From Planctomycetota bacterium (GTDB lineage Bacteria > Planctomycetota > UBA1135 > GCA-002686595), in contig DASVAP010000014.1 in NCBI GenBank assembly GCA_036376275.1, positions 23,839 through 87,838 on the forward strand: a stretch of 64,000 nt of DNA, in the 5' to 3' direction. Numbering within the stretch: the stretch's first letter is position 1; each line of letters opens with the position of its first letter. The notes under the pieces were generated by a model that worked only from the letters and a program-made list of their open reading frames with translations, was not told where the DNA came from and ran no database searches. This document shows positions 8,197 through 17,752 of this stretch, piece by piece. Made by a program: the position numbers and the translations under genes.

Positions 8197-9006
8197 CTAC
8201 TTGCCGCCCATCACGCGCGAGAGCTTGGCCAGCGTCTCGCGCTCGATCTGGCGCACGCGCTCGCGTGTCAGCCCGACGACCTTGCCGATCTCCTTGAGCG
8301 TCATCGGCTCCTGGCCCTCGCCCAGGCCGTAGCGCAGGCGCAGGATCGTCGCCTCGCGCTCGTCGATCACCTCGAGCAGGTCCTTGAGCCGGCTCAGGAG
8401 GTCGGCGTGCTGGATCTCCTCCTCGGGCGACTCGGAGCGCTCGTCCTCGACCGTCTCCTGGGTGCTGGTCATGGCCTCGAGCGAGATCTGCGCGCCCGCG
8501 GCGGTGGACTGGATCGTCTGCTTCAGCAGGCGCCAGCTCTCGGAGGGGATGCCGAGCTCGCGCGCGACCTCCTCGACGCTCGGCGGCCGGCCGAGCCGGA
8601 AGGCGAGCTCGCGCCCGACCACGCGCCAGCGCGAGATCAGCTCGGCCATGTAGCCGGGCACGCGCACCGACTGCAGCGTGTTCGTCAGCGCGCGGCGGAT
8701 CGCCTGCTTGATCCACCACGAGCCGTAGGTCGAGAAGCGGCAGCCGGCGTTGGGGTCGAACTTCTCGGCCGCCTTCAGGAGGCCGATGTTGCCCTCGGCG
8801 ATCAGGTCCTGGAGCGAGAGCCCGCGGTCGGAGTAGAGCTTCGCGATCGACACCACCAGGCGCAGGTTGGCGCGCACGAGGTGCTCGCGCGCGGCCAGGT
8901 CCCCGTCCTGGATGCGGCGGCCGAGCTGCTGCTCCTCCAGGGCCGTGAGGAGCGGGACCTCGTTGATCTCCTGGAGGTAGGTCTCCAGGCAGCGTTCGGC
9001 GGAAAT
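8197..9006 (-). CDS. RNA polymerase sigma-70 family factor (regions 1.2-4 present, no region 1.1); start codon uncertain
   Basis: Region 2: [43 protein letters not shown]. Region 4: [34 protein letters not shown]. The track ORF starts at an internal GTG (8877), but the conserved sequence [29 protein letters not shown] continues upstream in frame. There is no ATG, GTG or TTG in that frame up to the stop at 9373-9375. An ATT at rc 9004-9006 is preceded by AAGGAG (rc 9013-9018) with a 6-nt spacer. Confidence 0.8.
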   Translation of the reverse strand: MSAERCLETYLQEINEVPLLTALEEQQLGRRIQDGDLAAREHLVRANLRLVVSIAKLYSDRGLSLQDLIAEGNIGLLKAAEKFDPNAGCRFSTYGSWWIKQAIRRALTNTLQSVRVPGYMAELISRWRVVGRELAFRLGRPPSVEEVARELGIPSESWRLLKQTIQSTAAGAQISLEAMTSTQETVEDERSESPEEEIQHADLLSRLKDLLEVIDEREATILRLRYGLGEGQEPMTLKEIGKVVGLTRERVRQIERETLAKLSRVMGGK

Positions 9007-9224
9007 GGCGGGCTCCTTGGCGAGGGACTGCGGTGCGGACTCGGGGTGCTGACTCGGCTGCTGGCGGCCTCGGTCGGGCTCGGCCGCCGCCGGAGTGGGT
9101 GCAAGATCGGCCCCGGTCGGAGGCCGTCTTGAGGCCGACCCGGGCTCGGGCGCGGGTCCGCCGCCGGGCGCCCGGGAAGGGTGTGCTACCTTGACCGTCG
9201 AGCTCCCGCCCCGCCGGGACGCCC

Positions 9225-10535
9225 ATGCAAGAGACCACCTTCGAGAAGCTGATCCTCGAGCGGCAGTTCGTGGGCCTCCTGCAGGCGCACGCCGAGGTCT
9301 TCTTCCGGCTGTCGAATTCCCTTCTCGCGCCCGGCCTGGAGAGCTGGAACAAGAAGCATTTCTTCCAGCTCGTCAGCGAGGCGGACGCCCTGGAGTCGTT
9401 CCTCGACGACTACGGCGCGCGCTACAACCGCACCTATGCCTTCCTGACCGAGCTGGTCGCCTCGCTGCGCTGGTTCGCGCACGCGGGCTACAGCCTGACG
9501 CACATGCTGGCGCGCCTGGAGTCCTACGGCGCGGCCGCCTGGGGGCCCCAGGAGGAGCTGGACGAGGCGCGCGGCGAGCTGGAGCGAGGCCTCGCCTTCC
9601 TGCGCGCGATGGCCACGCGCCTGATCCAGGGGGTGCGGTCCGAGGCCGAGCGGCTCTCGATCGAGCTGACGCCCGAGGCCTTCCCCGAGACGAACTTCCT
9701 GCCGGTGGTGGCCAAGCGCCGGCTGCCACGCAGCGTCGGCCAGTCCGAGCTCGTGAACGAGGAGCAGAAGATCGGCGAGGTCGTGACCAAGTACCTGCGG
9801 GCCTGCGACATGCTGCGCAACCTGCGCGTGCGGCGCATCCACGACCCGCGCGAGCGCCACGCCTACTTCTCGCGCACCTGCACCGAGGCCCAGGCGCGGA
9901 CCTACGAGGCCACGGTCCACAACCTGCAGTCGACCTACGACACCCACATCCAGAACACGGTGCTGGAGGCGCGCGACGAGCGCCTGGCGCGCCTGCGCGG
10001 GCGCGCCTCGGCCGCGCTGCACCTGTTGCAGGCCGTCACGCACCTGGCGCACTTCATCGAGCGTCACGAGACCGACATCCGCAGCGAGGAGGCCAAGCGC
10101 AAGATCAGCGAGCTGGTCGAGCGCGCGGAGGTCGAGGAGGTCGCGCTGAACGTGTTCCTGCACTGGGCCGAGCGCATCCTGCGGAGCGGCGTGGACCTGG
10201 CCGAGAAGCTGCTGCCCGAATACACCAAGCGCCTCGAGCTCGAGCTCGAGCTGCCCGAACACCTGGCCCTGCACGCGCGTCCGGCCGCGCTCGTGGTCGG
10301 GATCGTCAACCACTACTCGACCCCGGTCGAGATGGTGATCGGCGGCAAGGTCTGCAACGCCGGCTCGATCCTGGAGCTCCTGGTGGCCGTCGGCTCCCAG
10401 CCGCGCCAGCGCCGCTTCGTCTTCCGCGGCGACGAGCGGCCCGTGCGCGACATCGCGCGCCTGTTCGAGGCCGAGCTGGGCGAGCTCGGCCTGGAGCGCC
10501 TGCCGGCGGAGCTCGCCTACCTGCGCGCCGACTGA
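9225..10535 (+). CDS. protein with about 340-aa helical N-terminal domain of unknown function fused to a C-terminal HPr (PTS phosphocarrier) domain
   Basis: 436 aa. The C-terminal about 90 aa read [50 protein letters not shown]. These carry the HPr His-15 context (LHARPA) and Ser-46 context (N-A-G-S-I-L). No family is recognised in the N-terminal domain. Confidence 0.7.
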   Translation: MQETTFEKLILERQFVGLLQAHAEVFFRLSNSLLAPGLESWNKKHFFQLVSEADALESFLDDYGARYNRTYAFLTELVASLRWFAHAGYSLTHMLARLESYGAAAWGPQEELDEARGELERGLAFLRAMATRLIQGVRSEAERLSIELTPEAFPETNFLPVVAKRRLPRSVGQSELVNEEQKIGEVVTKYLRACDMLRNLRVRRIHDPRERHAYFSRTCTEAQARTYEATVHNLQSTYDTHIQNTVLEARDERLARLRGRASAALHLLQAVTHLAHFIERHETDIRSEEAKRKISELVERAEVEEVALNVFLHWAERILRSGVDLAEKLLPEYTKRLELELELPEHLALHARPAALVVGIVNHYSTPVEMVIGGKVCNAGSILELLVAVGSQPRQRRFVFRGDERPVRDIARLFEAELGELGLERLPAELAYLRAD

Positions 10536-10578
10536 GACCCGCGCGCAGGATCGGCGCTGAGGCGAGCCTAGCGCGCCC

Positions 10579-11313
10579 TCACACGCCCAGGCGCAGGCGC
10601 TCTCCGAGCACGGCCGGCAACCCGGCGCGGGCGATGCGTGCCACCTCGGACTCGATGTCGTAGGGCGCGCGCAGGATCGAGGCACGCTGCTCGTGTGCGT
10701 CGTAGAGCGCGTAGGCCGTCTCGGGGTTCTCGTCGCGCGGCTGGCCGACGCTGCCGACGTTGATCAGCGCGCGCACCGTGGTGGCGAGGTCGATCTCGGC
10801 GTCGCAGGTGTAGGCCGTACGCTCCGGATCGTCCTGGAAGCGCATCACGGTCAGCGGGATGTGGCTGTGACCCACGAAGCACACCGGGCGCGTCATCTCG
10901 TCCAGCGACGGGTCCGCGTCGGACAGGCTGAAGATGTAGTCGAAGAGCTCGGGCCGGTGCAGCGTCCCGTGGGCGACCTGGCAGTGCTCCAGCGTCGCCA
11001 CCAGCGGCAGGCCCTTGAGCCAGCGCTTCTCCTCGGCGCTGAGCACGGTGCGCGTCCAGGCCACGGCGGCGCGCGCGTAGGGGTTGAAGGCGCGCTCGTC
11101 GAGCTCCTCCACGCAGGCCGCGTCGTGGTTGCCCTTGACGACGACCGCTCCGCGCTCGCGCAGGAGCGCGATGCACTCCTTCGGCGCGGCCCCGTAGCCG
11201 ACCACGTCCCCCACGCTGAGCAGCGTGTCGACACCCGCGTCGTCCATGCGGGCGAGCACCGTGCGCAGCGCCGAGAGGTTGGCGTGGATGTCGCCGAGGA
11301 TGCCGTACTTCAT
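10579..11313 (-). CDS. metallophosphoesterase family protein
   Basis: 244 aa from the ATG at rc 11311-11313. Motifs: MKYGILGDIHAN, SVGDVVGYG, KGNHD, GHSH. The rest of the 593-aa track ORF upstream is Arg/Pro/Gly filler. Confidence 0.8.
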   Translation of the reverse strand: MKYGILGDIHANLSALRTVLARMDDAGVDTLLSVGDVVGYGAAPKECIALLRERGAVVVKGNHDAACVEELDERAFNPYARAAVAWTRTVLSAEEKRWLKGLPLVATLEHCQVAHGTLHRPELFDYIFSLSDADPSLDEMTRPVCFVGHSHIPLTVMRFQDDPERTAYTCDAEIDLATTVRALINVGSVGQPRDENPETAYALYDAHEQRASILRAPYDIESEVARIARAGLPAVLGERLRLGV

Positions 11314-11960
11314 GACTCGTCCGAGGGGCGCACTCTTCGGACGAGGCGAGCGGCCAGGAAGAGTCCGAGGGCGGCCGCGAGCGCCGGCGCGAGGCGGGCC
11401 CAGGTGAGCGCACCGAAGGGCGCCTGCAGGTCGAGCAGGGCCCACAGGGGCTCGAGCGCCGGAATGCCCGCGCCCAGGGCCGGGAGGAGCCAGGTCGCGG
11501 CGACGAACAGGGCGAGGCGCGGTGCCGGGGGGAGGGACGGGTGGAGGAGCACGAGGCCCAGGCTCCCAAGGTGGAGCAGCCGCGTGAGGATAGCGGGGGC
11601 CAGGAGCCCCACCTCGAGGGGGGCGGCTCCGGCCGCGAGGGCCCCCGCCGATGTAGGAAGTAGCAAAACGGCCCCCGCGGCCATCAGGGCCCCCAGCTCG
11701 GCGCGCCAGCGGGTGTCCGGGTCCAGGCGCGCCAGGAGGCCCGGGATGCTGGTGAGGGCGGCCAGGCCGGCGAGGACCCCCAGGATGGCCGCAAGCGCGC
11801 CCCAGGTGCGAAGCTGCTCGAGGGCATGGGCTGGCCCGGGAAGCGGCGTGAGGGCCTGCTGCAGCGGGATCAGCGCGAGGAAGAGGATGGCGGCGGGGAC
11901 CCCCCAGGGGCTGGTCGCGAGGCGGATCAAGATCCAGCGGCCGAGCACGACGGTGGGCAT
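11310..11960 (-). CDS. hypothetical polytopic membrane protein
   Basis: 216 aa, Leu/Ala/Pro-rich with several hydrophobic segments. ATGA overlap with the downstream metallophosphoesterase gene. No family recognised. Confidence 0.5.
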   Translation of the reverse strand: MPTVVLGRWILIRLATSPWGVPAAILFLALIPLQQALTPLPGPAHALEQLRTWGALAAILGVLAGLAALTSIPGLLARLDPDTRWRAELGALMAAGAVLLLPTSAGALAAGAAPLEVGLLAPAILTRLLHLGSLGLVLLHPSLPPAPRLALFVAATWLLPALGAGIPALEPLWALLDLQAPFGALTWARLAPALAAALGLFLAARLVRRVRPSDES

Positions 11961-12100
11961 CCGGTCCTTCTAACCGCCCAGGAGCTCCTGACCAAGGAGG
12001 AGCTCGAGGTAGGGCGCACCCACTGCATATAGAAGCGTTTGGCTGGCAGGACTCGACATGTAGTGGTGACCTCGATAGCCTCCCCGCTCCCGACCCGAAC

Positions 12101-12114
12101 GTTCCACGTGGAAC
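12101..12114. promoter_or_regulatory. parS centromere-like site
   Basis: Perfect 14-bp palindrome GTTCCACGTGGAAC. The 16-mer cGTTCCACGTGGAACa compares with the consensus TGTTNCACGTGAAACA. It lies about 22 bp upstream of the parB ATG. Confidence 0.75.
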
Positions 12115-12136
12115 ACTCCGTTCCAAGGCACCCATC

Positions 12137-12994
12137 ATGGAAAGACGCCTGGGCAAGGGCCTCGGAGCCCTCCTCGCCGCCGACCCCGCCCCCACCGAGC
12201 CGCGCTCAGAGCTCCCGCTCGCGAAGGTCCGGCCGAACCCCAACCAGCCGCGCAAGTCGTTTCGGCCGGAGGAGCTCGCGGAGCTCCAGGAGAGCATCCG
12301 CCTCCACGGCATCCTCCAGCCGATCCTCGTCCGCCCGTCGGCGGGAGGCTTCGAGATCATCGCCGGCGAGCGTCGTTATCGCGCCGCCCAGGCCCTGGGC
12401 CTGAAGTCGATCCCGGCCGTGGTCCGTGACGCGGCGAGCGACCGCACCATGCTCGAGCTCGCCCTGGTCGAGAACCTTCAGCGCGCCGACCTGGACCCGA
12501 TGGAGAAGGCCAAGGGCTTCCGGCAGCTCCTGGACCAGGGCCTGACCCAGGAGCAGGTGGCCGAGCAGGTCGGGCTCAACCGGGCCACGGTGGCCAACTT
12601 CCTGCGCCTGCTCGAGCTCTCCGAGAGCGTCCCGAAGGTCGTCACCGAGGGCCTGCTGACGATGGGGCACGCCCGGGCGCTCCTCGGCCTGCCCGACCGC
12701 CGCCGTCAGGAGGAGCTGTGTGCCCTGGCCGTCCGCCGCGGACTGTCCGTCCGGGACCTGGAGGCCCGTGTGCGCGAGCTGCAGAGCCGCCCCACGGCGG
12801 AGCGGGACGTGCGCCTCTCCCCTCCCCCACCGCCCTGGGTGCGCGACCTCGAGGCGCGCATCCGCAGCCACCTCGGGTCCAAGGTCCAGGTGCGCAACGG
12901 TGAGGGCTACAAGGGCCAGATCGTGATCGAGTACCACGGTCGCGAGGACCTCGATCGACTGCTCGCCCTTCTGGCGCCGCGCAAGTCGCTGTAG
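12137..12994 (+). CDS. parB: ParB/Spo0J chromosome partitioning protein
   Basis: 285 aa. Motifs: MERRLGKGLGALL, LPLAKVRPNPNQPRKSF, GILQPILVRP, EIIAGERRYRAAQ, and a helix-turn-helix at TQEQVAEQVGLNRATVANFLRLL. Confidence 0.9.
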   Translation: MERRLGKGLGALLAADPAPTEPRSELPLAKVRPNPNQPRKSFRPEELAELQESIRLHGILQPILVRPSAGGFEIIAGERRYRAAQALGLKSIPAVVRDAASDRTMLELALVENLQRADLDPMEKAKGFRQLLDQGLTQEQVAEQVGLNRATVANFLRLLELSESVPKVVTEGLLTMGHARALLGLPDRRRQEELCALAVRRGLSVRDLEARVRELQSRPTAERDVRLSPPPPPWVRDLEARIRSHLGSKVQVRNGEGYKGQIVIEYHGREDLDRLLALLAPRKSL

Positions 12995-13037
12995 GCACCC
13001 CGCGAGGCGGGCGCCCAGTCTCGACCGCGCCCGTCGC

Positions 13038-14060
13038 TCAGAGGATCTCGACGGACTCGATCACCGCGGGATCCTGGGGTCGATCCCCGACCACGGCCCC
13101 GGACTCGATCGTCTCGATCGCCTGCTGCCCCTCGAGCACGCGACCGAAGACCACGGTCTGACCGTCCATCTGGTTCTGGTCGGCGGTCGTGAGGAAGAAC
13201 TGGCTCCCGTGCGAGCGCGTCTCGCCCGGCCCCTTCCAGGCCACCAGTGCGCCCTTGAAGTGACGCAGGCGCGGATCGAGCTCGGGCTCGAGCACTGCCG
13301 CCTCGCCGCCCGTGCCCCACGTTTCGGGCTCACCGCTCACCGAGTTCGGGTCGCCGCCCTGGATCAGGCTTCCGCGCACCACGCGATGGAACTTGGTGCC
13401 GGTGTACAGGCCCTCACGGCACAGGCGCAGGAAGTTCTCGGCGTGGCGCGGAGCGCGGTCCACGTAGAGGCCGACCACGATCGTCCCCTTGCTCGTGACG
13501 ATCCGGACCCGGGGCGCGTCGGCGGGCAGCTCGGGATTCGAGAACAGCATTGCGTGTTCCTTCTCCCAGGCCTGGAGAAGGCCCGCGTTCTTCTGAATCG
13601 CGGCCTCGATGGTGATCGCAGAGCCGTCTTCCCCGGGCACCAGCGGCGTCGTGCTGAGGAGGTGCTCGGGCCACAGCTGGCCTAGCTGGCCGGCCGCCTT
13701 CTGGGCCTCCTCGAACTCCTCTTCCTGGAGGTGGGAGCCGACCTCCAGGGCCTTGGCCCACGCCCCCACCGGCGCCGCGCGGTGCTGGTCGGCGAAGAGC
13801 GCCAGCGCATCCGGCGAGCCGCCCTGGATTCCGCCGAGGAAGCCGCTGGCCAGGTTCGCCTGCGTGCGCAGCTCGTTCCAGGACTCGGCGGCCGTCTCCT
13901 GGGACTTGCGGTTCGCGTAGGTCGGGTAGAGGATCGCGACCGTCGCCACGACGGCCACGATGACGCCGAGCTTCCAGTAGCGTTCGACGAACTGCTGGAA
14001 GAGCGAGGGCTCCTGGATCGAGGCGACCGTGACCTGGGTCGCTGCTTTGTGCTTGGCCAT
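13038..14060 (-). CDS. membrane-anchored cyclophilin-type peptidyl-prolyl cis-trans isomerase
   Basis: 340 aa. N-terminal anchor YWKLGVIVAVVATVAILY, then a helical domain of about 150 aa. The C-terminal cyclophilin motifs are HAENFLRLCREGLYTGTKFHRVV, IQGGDP and GSQFFLT. Confidence 0.85.
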   Translation of the reverse strand: MAKHKAATQVTVASIQEPSLFQQFVERYWKLGVIVAVVATVAILYPTYANRKSQETAAESWNELRTQANLASGFLGGIQGGSPDALALFADQHRAAPVGAWAKALEVGSHLQEEEFEEAQKAAGQLGQLWPEHLLSTTPLVPGEDGSAITIEAAIQKNAGLLQAWEKEHAMLFSNPELPADAPRVRIVTSKGTIVVGLYVDRAPRHAENFLRLCREGLYTGTKFHRVVRGSLIQGGDPNSVSGEPETWGTGGEAAVLEPELDPRLRHFKGALVAWKGPGETRSHGSQFFLTTADQNQMDGQTVVFGRVLEGQQAIETIESGAVVGDRPQDPAVIESVEIL

Positions 14061-14345
14061 GGCTTTATCTGGATCTCAATAGGGGATCAAAGGGCCGGCT
14101 CCGCTCTCCACCACGCCTGCGCTGGTGAAAGCGGTTTCCTTGCCTACAGGCGCCGCGAGGGCCACGGGGCGCGCCGGACGCGCGCGGGGATCCCGAGATC
14201 TCGGCGGGCCACATGGTTACTATGCGCGGCGCTCGGCCGTCAAGGTGGCCCGGTTCCTCCGCGGTGAGAGTCCCTCCAGCCAGGGACCGGGAGAACCATC
14301 CGCCGGGCCTCCCCGCCGCGCGCGCCGCAGCCTCCAATCTCCGCC

Positions 14346-16130
14346 ATGATCTCGTCCCTCGCCCTCGGGCTGCTCCTCGCCCTCGCGCCCCAGGGGCCCG
14401 CACACGCCGGGCTCCATCCCGCCGAAGCCGACCTCTACCTCGAGCTGGTGGAGGTCCAGCGCACGCTCCAGGTCCTGGACAAGGCGCCCCTGGTTCGCTT
14501 CCTGCGCGACGACAAGGTCAAGGTCCTCTTCGAGAAGCTCGGCCAGCCGCTCGACCGGCCCCTGGGCGAGCTCGTCCAGGGCATCCTCGACGGCGCGCTG
14601 GAGGGGGCGGGCTCGACGGAATGGCTCGCGGGCCTGGCCACGATCTCCGCCTCCCTCGCGCCGACCCCCGGCGGGCCCGAGCCGGTCGGGGTGCTCGTGC
14701 TGGCGGACTTCGCCGCGGCCGAGCAGGCCGCCGCCTTCCACGCCGGCGTGCGCGCGAGCTTCGCGCAGCACGAGCCGGTAGAGGGCTCGCTGGCCGGGCT
14801 CGAGCGCCTGGTGCCGGCCGAGGGCGCGGGACGGGAGTTCTGGATCGTCACGCTCGGCACGCGCGTCGCCCTCGGGACGCGCGCCAGCAAGCCCGAGGAC
14901 GTGCCCGCGCGCGCGGAGGGCAAGCAGGGCGGCCTCGCCAAGCACGAGCCCTTCGCCAAGCGGCTCGCCGGGCTCGCGAGCGCCTCCGGCACACCGCTCC
15001 TCTGGTTCGCGCTCGCGCGCCCCCTGAGCGAGGTCACCCAGGCGCTGGGGGAGTCCGCCGGGCCGAGCCTCGAGGTGATCGAGCGCGCCCCCGAGAGCCT
15101 GAACGTGTTCGCCCATCCCTGCGTGGCGCGCATCACCATGGCCGGCGAGCGCATCGTCTCGGAGATGATCACGAGCGAGCCGGCGGGCCCGAGCGACCGG
15201 CCGATCGACCTCGCCTGGCTCGCGCCGGTGCCGTCCGACTCGATGCTCTTCTTCGCGAGCGCCTTCGATGGCGTCGCCGCGGCCAAGCGCCTGCGCGAGA
15301 TCCTGGCGAGTGACGAGCAGGCCGCCGCGGCCCTCGCCGCCATCGAGCAGAAGCTCGGCTACGGCCCCGAGCGCCTGCTGTCGCGCCTCGGGCCGGGCCT
15401 GACCTTCTATGCGGCGGCCCCCGGGGGCCTTGGGCTGCCGGACTCGCGCCTGTGGATCGACTGCGAGGACCCGGCCGCCTTCGCCAGCGAGTTCGAGGCG
15501 CTGATCACGGCGATGGGGGAGCTCCTGCCGGGCTACCAGGCCAAGACCAAGCCCTACAAGGTCAAGGTCCAGGGCAGCGACGAGCGCCTCGAGGTTCCCA
15601 TCACGACCCTGACCCTGCCGCCCGACGCGGTGCAGATCCCGATGGTCAGCATCTCGCCCTCGTTCGCGCCGGTCGGGAAGCGCCTCGTCTTCAGCTTCGG
15701 ATCGATGGAGGTGAAGAGCGAGCTGAAGCGCGTGCACAGCGGCGACGGCGAGCCGATCCAGGCCGACGCGAACCCGCTGGCGGCGCGCGGTTTCGCGCTG
15801 CCCGAGAAGGCCGCGACGGTGGTGGTGATGGACTGGGGCAAGCTCTTCTCCGGCGTGATCGGCACGGCCAAGGCCTTCGCCAGCATGGCGAGCCCCGAGG
15901 ACCTGCCCTTCGATCTCGCGCTCCTGCCGACGCCCGAGCTCCTGCGCCAGTACTTCCAGCCGACCTTCTACTACTCGAAGCCGATCGAGGGCGGCACCTA
16001 TCGCCGCAACGAGGCCTCCTTCGGGCCCGAGACCTGGTTCGGCCTGACGGGCGCGATCGCCTTCGGCATCCGCCAGCAGGCGATGCTCGGCGGGGCCGCG
16101 GCGCCGGCGACGATCGACGGCGGGAAGTAG
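14346..16130 (+). CDS. secreted hypothetical protein
   Basis: 594 aa with signal peptide MISSLALGLLLALAPQGPAHA. The composition is non-filler (Phe, Lys, Tyr, Met, Trp are present). No family recognised with confidence. Confidence 0.6.
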   Translation: MISSLALGLLLALAPQGPAHAGLHPAEADLYLELVEVQRTLQVLDKAPLVRFLRDDKVKVLFEKLGQPLDRPLGELVQGILDGALEGAGSTEWLAGLATISASLAPTPGGPEPVGVLVLADFAAAEQAAAFHAGVRASFAQHEPVEGSLAGLERLVPAEGAGREFWIVTLGTRVALGTRASKPEDVPARAEGKQGGLAKHEPFAKRLAGLASASGTPLLWFALARPLSEVTQALGESAGPSLEVIERAPESLNVFAHPCVARITMAGERIVSEMITSEPAGPSDRPIDLAWLAPVPSDSMLFFASAFDGVAAAKRLREILASDEQAAAALAAIEQKLGYGPERLLSRLGPGLTFYAAAPGGLGLPDSRLWIDCEDPAAFASEFEALITAMGELLPGYQAKTKPYKVKVQGSDERLEVPITTLTLPPDAVQIPMVSISPSFAPVGKRLVFSFGSMEVKSELKRVHSGDGEPIQADANPLAARGFALPEKAATVVVMDWGKLFSGVIGTAKAFASMASPEDLPFDLALLPTPELLRQYFQPTFYYSKPIEGGTYRRNEASFGPETWFGLTGAIAFGIRQQAMLGGAAAPATIDGGK

Positions 16131-16137
16131 CGCCTCC

Positions 16138-16836
16138 GTGTGGGATCGCGCGGAGCGCCGGCGGCGCTGGCGCAAGTTCCGCCGCGGGATCGGGAGCGCC
16201 GTGCTGCCGCACGTGGCGCCCGGCCTGGTGGGGGTGCTGGCGCGGAGCTGGCGTGTGGAGCGCATCGGCGTCGAGCACTGGGAGGCCGCGCGCGCGCATC
16301 CGGGGATGCTCGCGACCCTGTGGCACGGACGCATGGTCGTGGCCATGCCGGCCCACGCGCGCACCGGGCTCGCGGTGCTGGTCTCGCCCTCGGACGACGG
16401 CAAGCTCGTGCTGCCGCTGCTCGAGCACTTCGGGTACGGGACCGTGATCGGCTCCTCGAACAAGAACCCCGCGCGCGCGGTGCGCGAGATGCTGGAGCGC
16501 CTGCGGACCGGCGGGCGCGTCGTGATCACGCCGGACGGCCCGCGCGGCCCGCGCCACTCGACCAACCCGGGCCCGGCCTGGATGGCGCGCGAGACGGGCT
16601 TCCCGATCCTGCCCTTCGGTTGCGCGGCCGACCGCGCCTGGCACCTGAAGAGCTGGGACGCCTTCACGATCCCGAAGTGGCGCGCGCGCGTCGTCCTGAA
16701 CTACGCCGAGCCGCTCGTGGTGCCGCCGGACGCGAGCGAGGAAGCGCTCGCCAGCACCACGGCCGAGCTGCGCGCGCGCATGCTGGCCGCCGAGGAAGAG
16801 GCCTTCCGGCGGCTGGGGATCGCGCCCGACTGGTAG
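16138..16836 (+). CDS. DUF374 / lysophospholipid acyltransferase-like family protein
   Basis: 232 aa from GTG. Carries LWHGRM, SPSDDG and ITPDGPRGPR blocks characteristic of DUF374. Confidence 0.65.
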   Translation: MWDRAERRRRWRKFRRGIGSAVLPHVAPGLVGVLARSWRVERIGVEHWEAARAHPGMLATLWHGRMVVAMPAHARTGLAVLVSPSDDGKLVLPLLEHFGYGTVIGSSNKNPARAVREMLERLRTGGRVVITPDGPRGPRHSTNPGPAWMARETGFPILPFGCAADRAWHLKSWDAFTIPKWRARVVLNYAEPLVVPPDASEEALASTTAELRARMLAAEEEAFRRLGIAPDW

Positions 16837-16840
16837 CACG

Positions 16841-17752
16841 ATGATCCGCGTCGGTCCCGCCGGCTGGTCCTATCCCGACTGGGAGGGGCGCGTCTACCCG
16901 CGCCGGAAGGCGCGCGGCTTCCACCCGTTGCCGTACCTGGCGCGCTGGTTCGACGTGGTCGAGATCAACTCGAGCTTCTACGGGACGCCCAGCGCGCGCA
17001 GCGCCGAGCGCTGGGCCGAGCTGGTGCGCGACCGGCCGCACTTCCGCTTCACGGCCAAGCTGCAGCAGCTCTTCACGCACGAGCCGCTTCCCGCCGGTGC
17101 GCGCGAGCGCGAGGCGGCCGTGCACGCCTTCCAGGCGGGCCTGCGGCCGCTGCGCGACGCGGGGCGCCTGGCCGCGCTCCTGGTGCAGTTCCCGCACTCG
17201 TTCCGGCGCGACGCGGCGGGCGAGGAGCGCCTGGCCTGGATCGCGGAGCACTTCGGGGACGTGCCGCTGGTGCTGGAGCTGCGCCAGCGCTCCTGGTTCG
17301 CGCCGGAGCCGCTGGAGCGCGTGCGCGCGCTCGGCTACACGCTCGCGGCGCTCGACCTCCCGCCCGGCGCCGACCAGCCCGGAGAGGCCGAGCTCGGGAC
17401 GGTGGGGGAGCCGCATGCACGTCATTCGCTCGCCTACCTGCGCCTGCACGGACGCAACGCGCGCGCCTGGTTCGACCCGCGCGCCGGGCGCGACCAGAAG
17501 TACGACTACCTGTACGCCCCCGAGGAGGTGCGTGCGCTCGCCGCGACCGCGCGGCGCCTCGCGGCCGGCGCCGACGAGACCTTCGTGATCACGAACAACC
17601 ACTTCTCGGGCAAGGCCGTGGCCAGCGCGCTCGAGCTGCTGGCGAGCCTCGGCGGCGGGCCCGTGCCCGGCCCGCGCGAGCTGCTCGTGGCCTTTCCGCA
17701 CCTCGCCGCTTGCGTCCGACCCGCGGGCGAGGCGAGCCTCTTCGACCCGTGA
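16841..17752 (+). CDS. DUF72 (YecE-like) family protein
   Basis: 303 aa. Motifs: MIRVGPAGWSYPDWEGRVYP and VEINSSFYGTP. The stop overlaps the next start (TGATG). Confidence 0.75.
   Translation: MIRVGPAGWSYPDWEGRVYPRRKARGFHPLPYLARWFDVVEINSSFYGTPSARSAERWAELVRDRPHFRFTAKLQQLFTHEPLPAGAREREAAVHAFQAGLRPLRDAGRLAALLVQFPHSFRRDAAGEERLAWIAEHFGDVPLVLELRQRSWFAPEPLERVRALGYTLAALDLPPGADQPGEAELGTVGEPHARHSLAYLRLHGRNARAWFDPRAGRDQKYDYLYAPEEVRALAATARRLAAGADETFVITNNHFSGKAVASALELLASLGGGPVPGPRELLVAFPHLAACVRPAGEASLFDP

Noticed and set aside
14061-14345. Possible SRP RNA or cobalamin riboswitch (GGTGAGAGTCCC and CAGGGACCGGGAGAACCA resemble fragments of those motifs)
   Set aside because: The resemblances are only partial. 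There is no GNRA-capped helix-8 arrangement, no B12 box (GCCACTG) and no B12-related downstream gene. It cannot be supported without a covariance-model search.
14220-16667. 815-aa minus-strand ORF
   Set aside because: It is antisense to the secreted-protein and DUF374 genes. It has no motifs and a filler composition.
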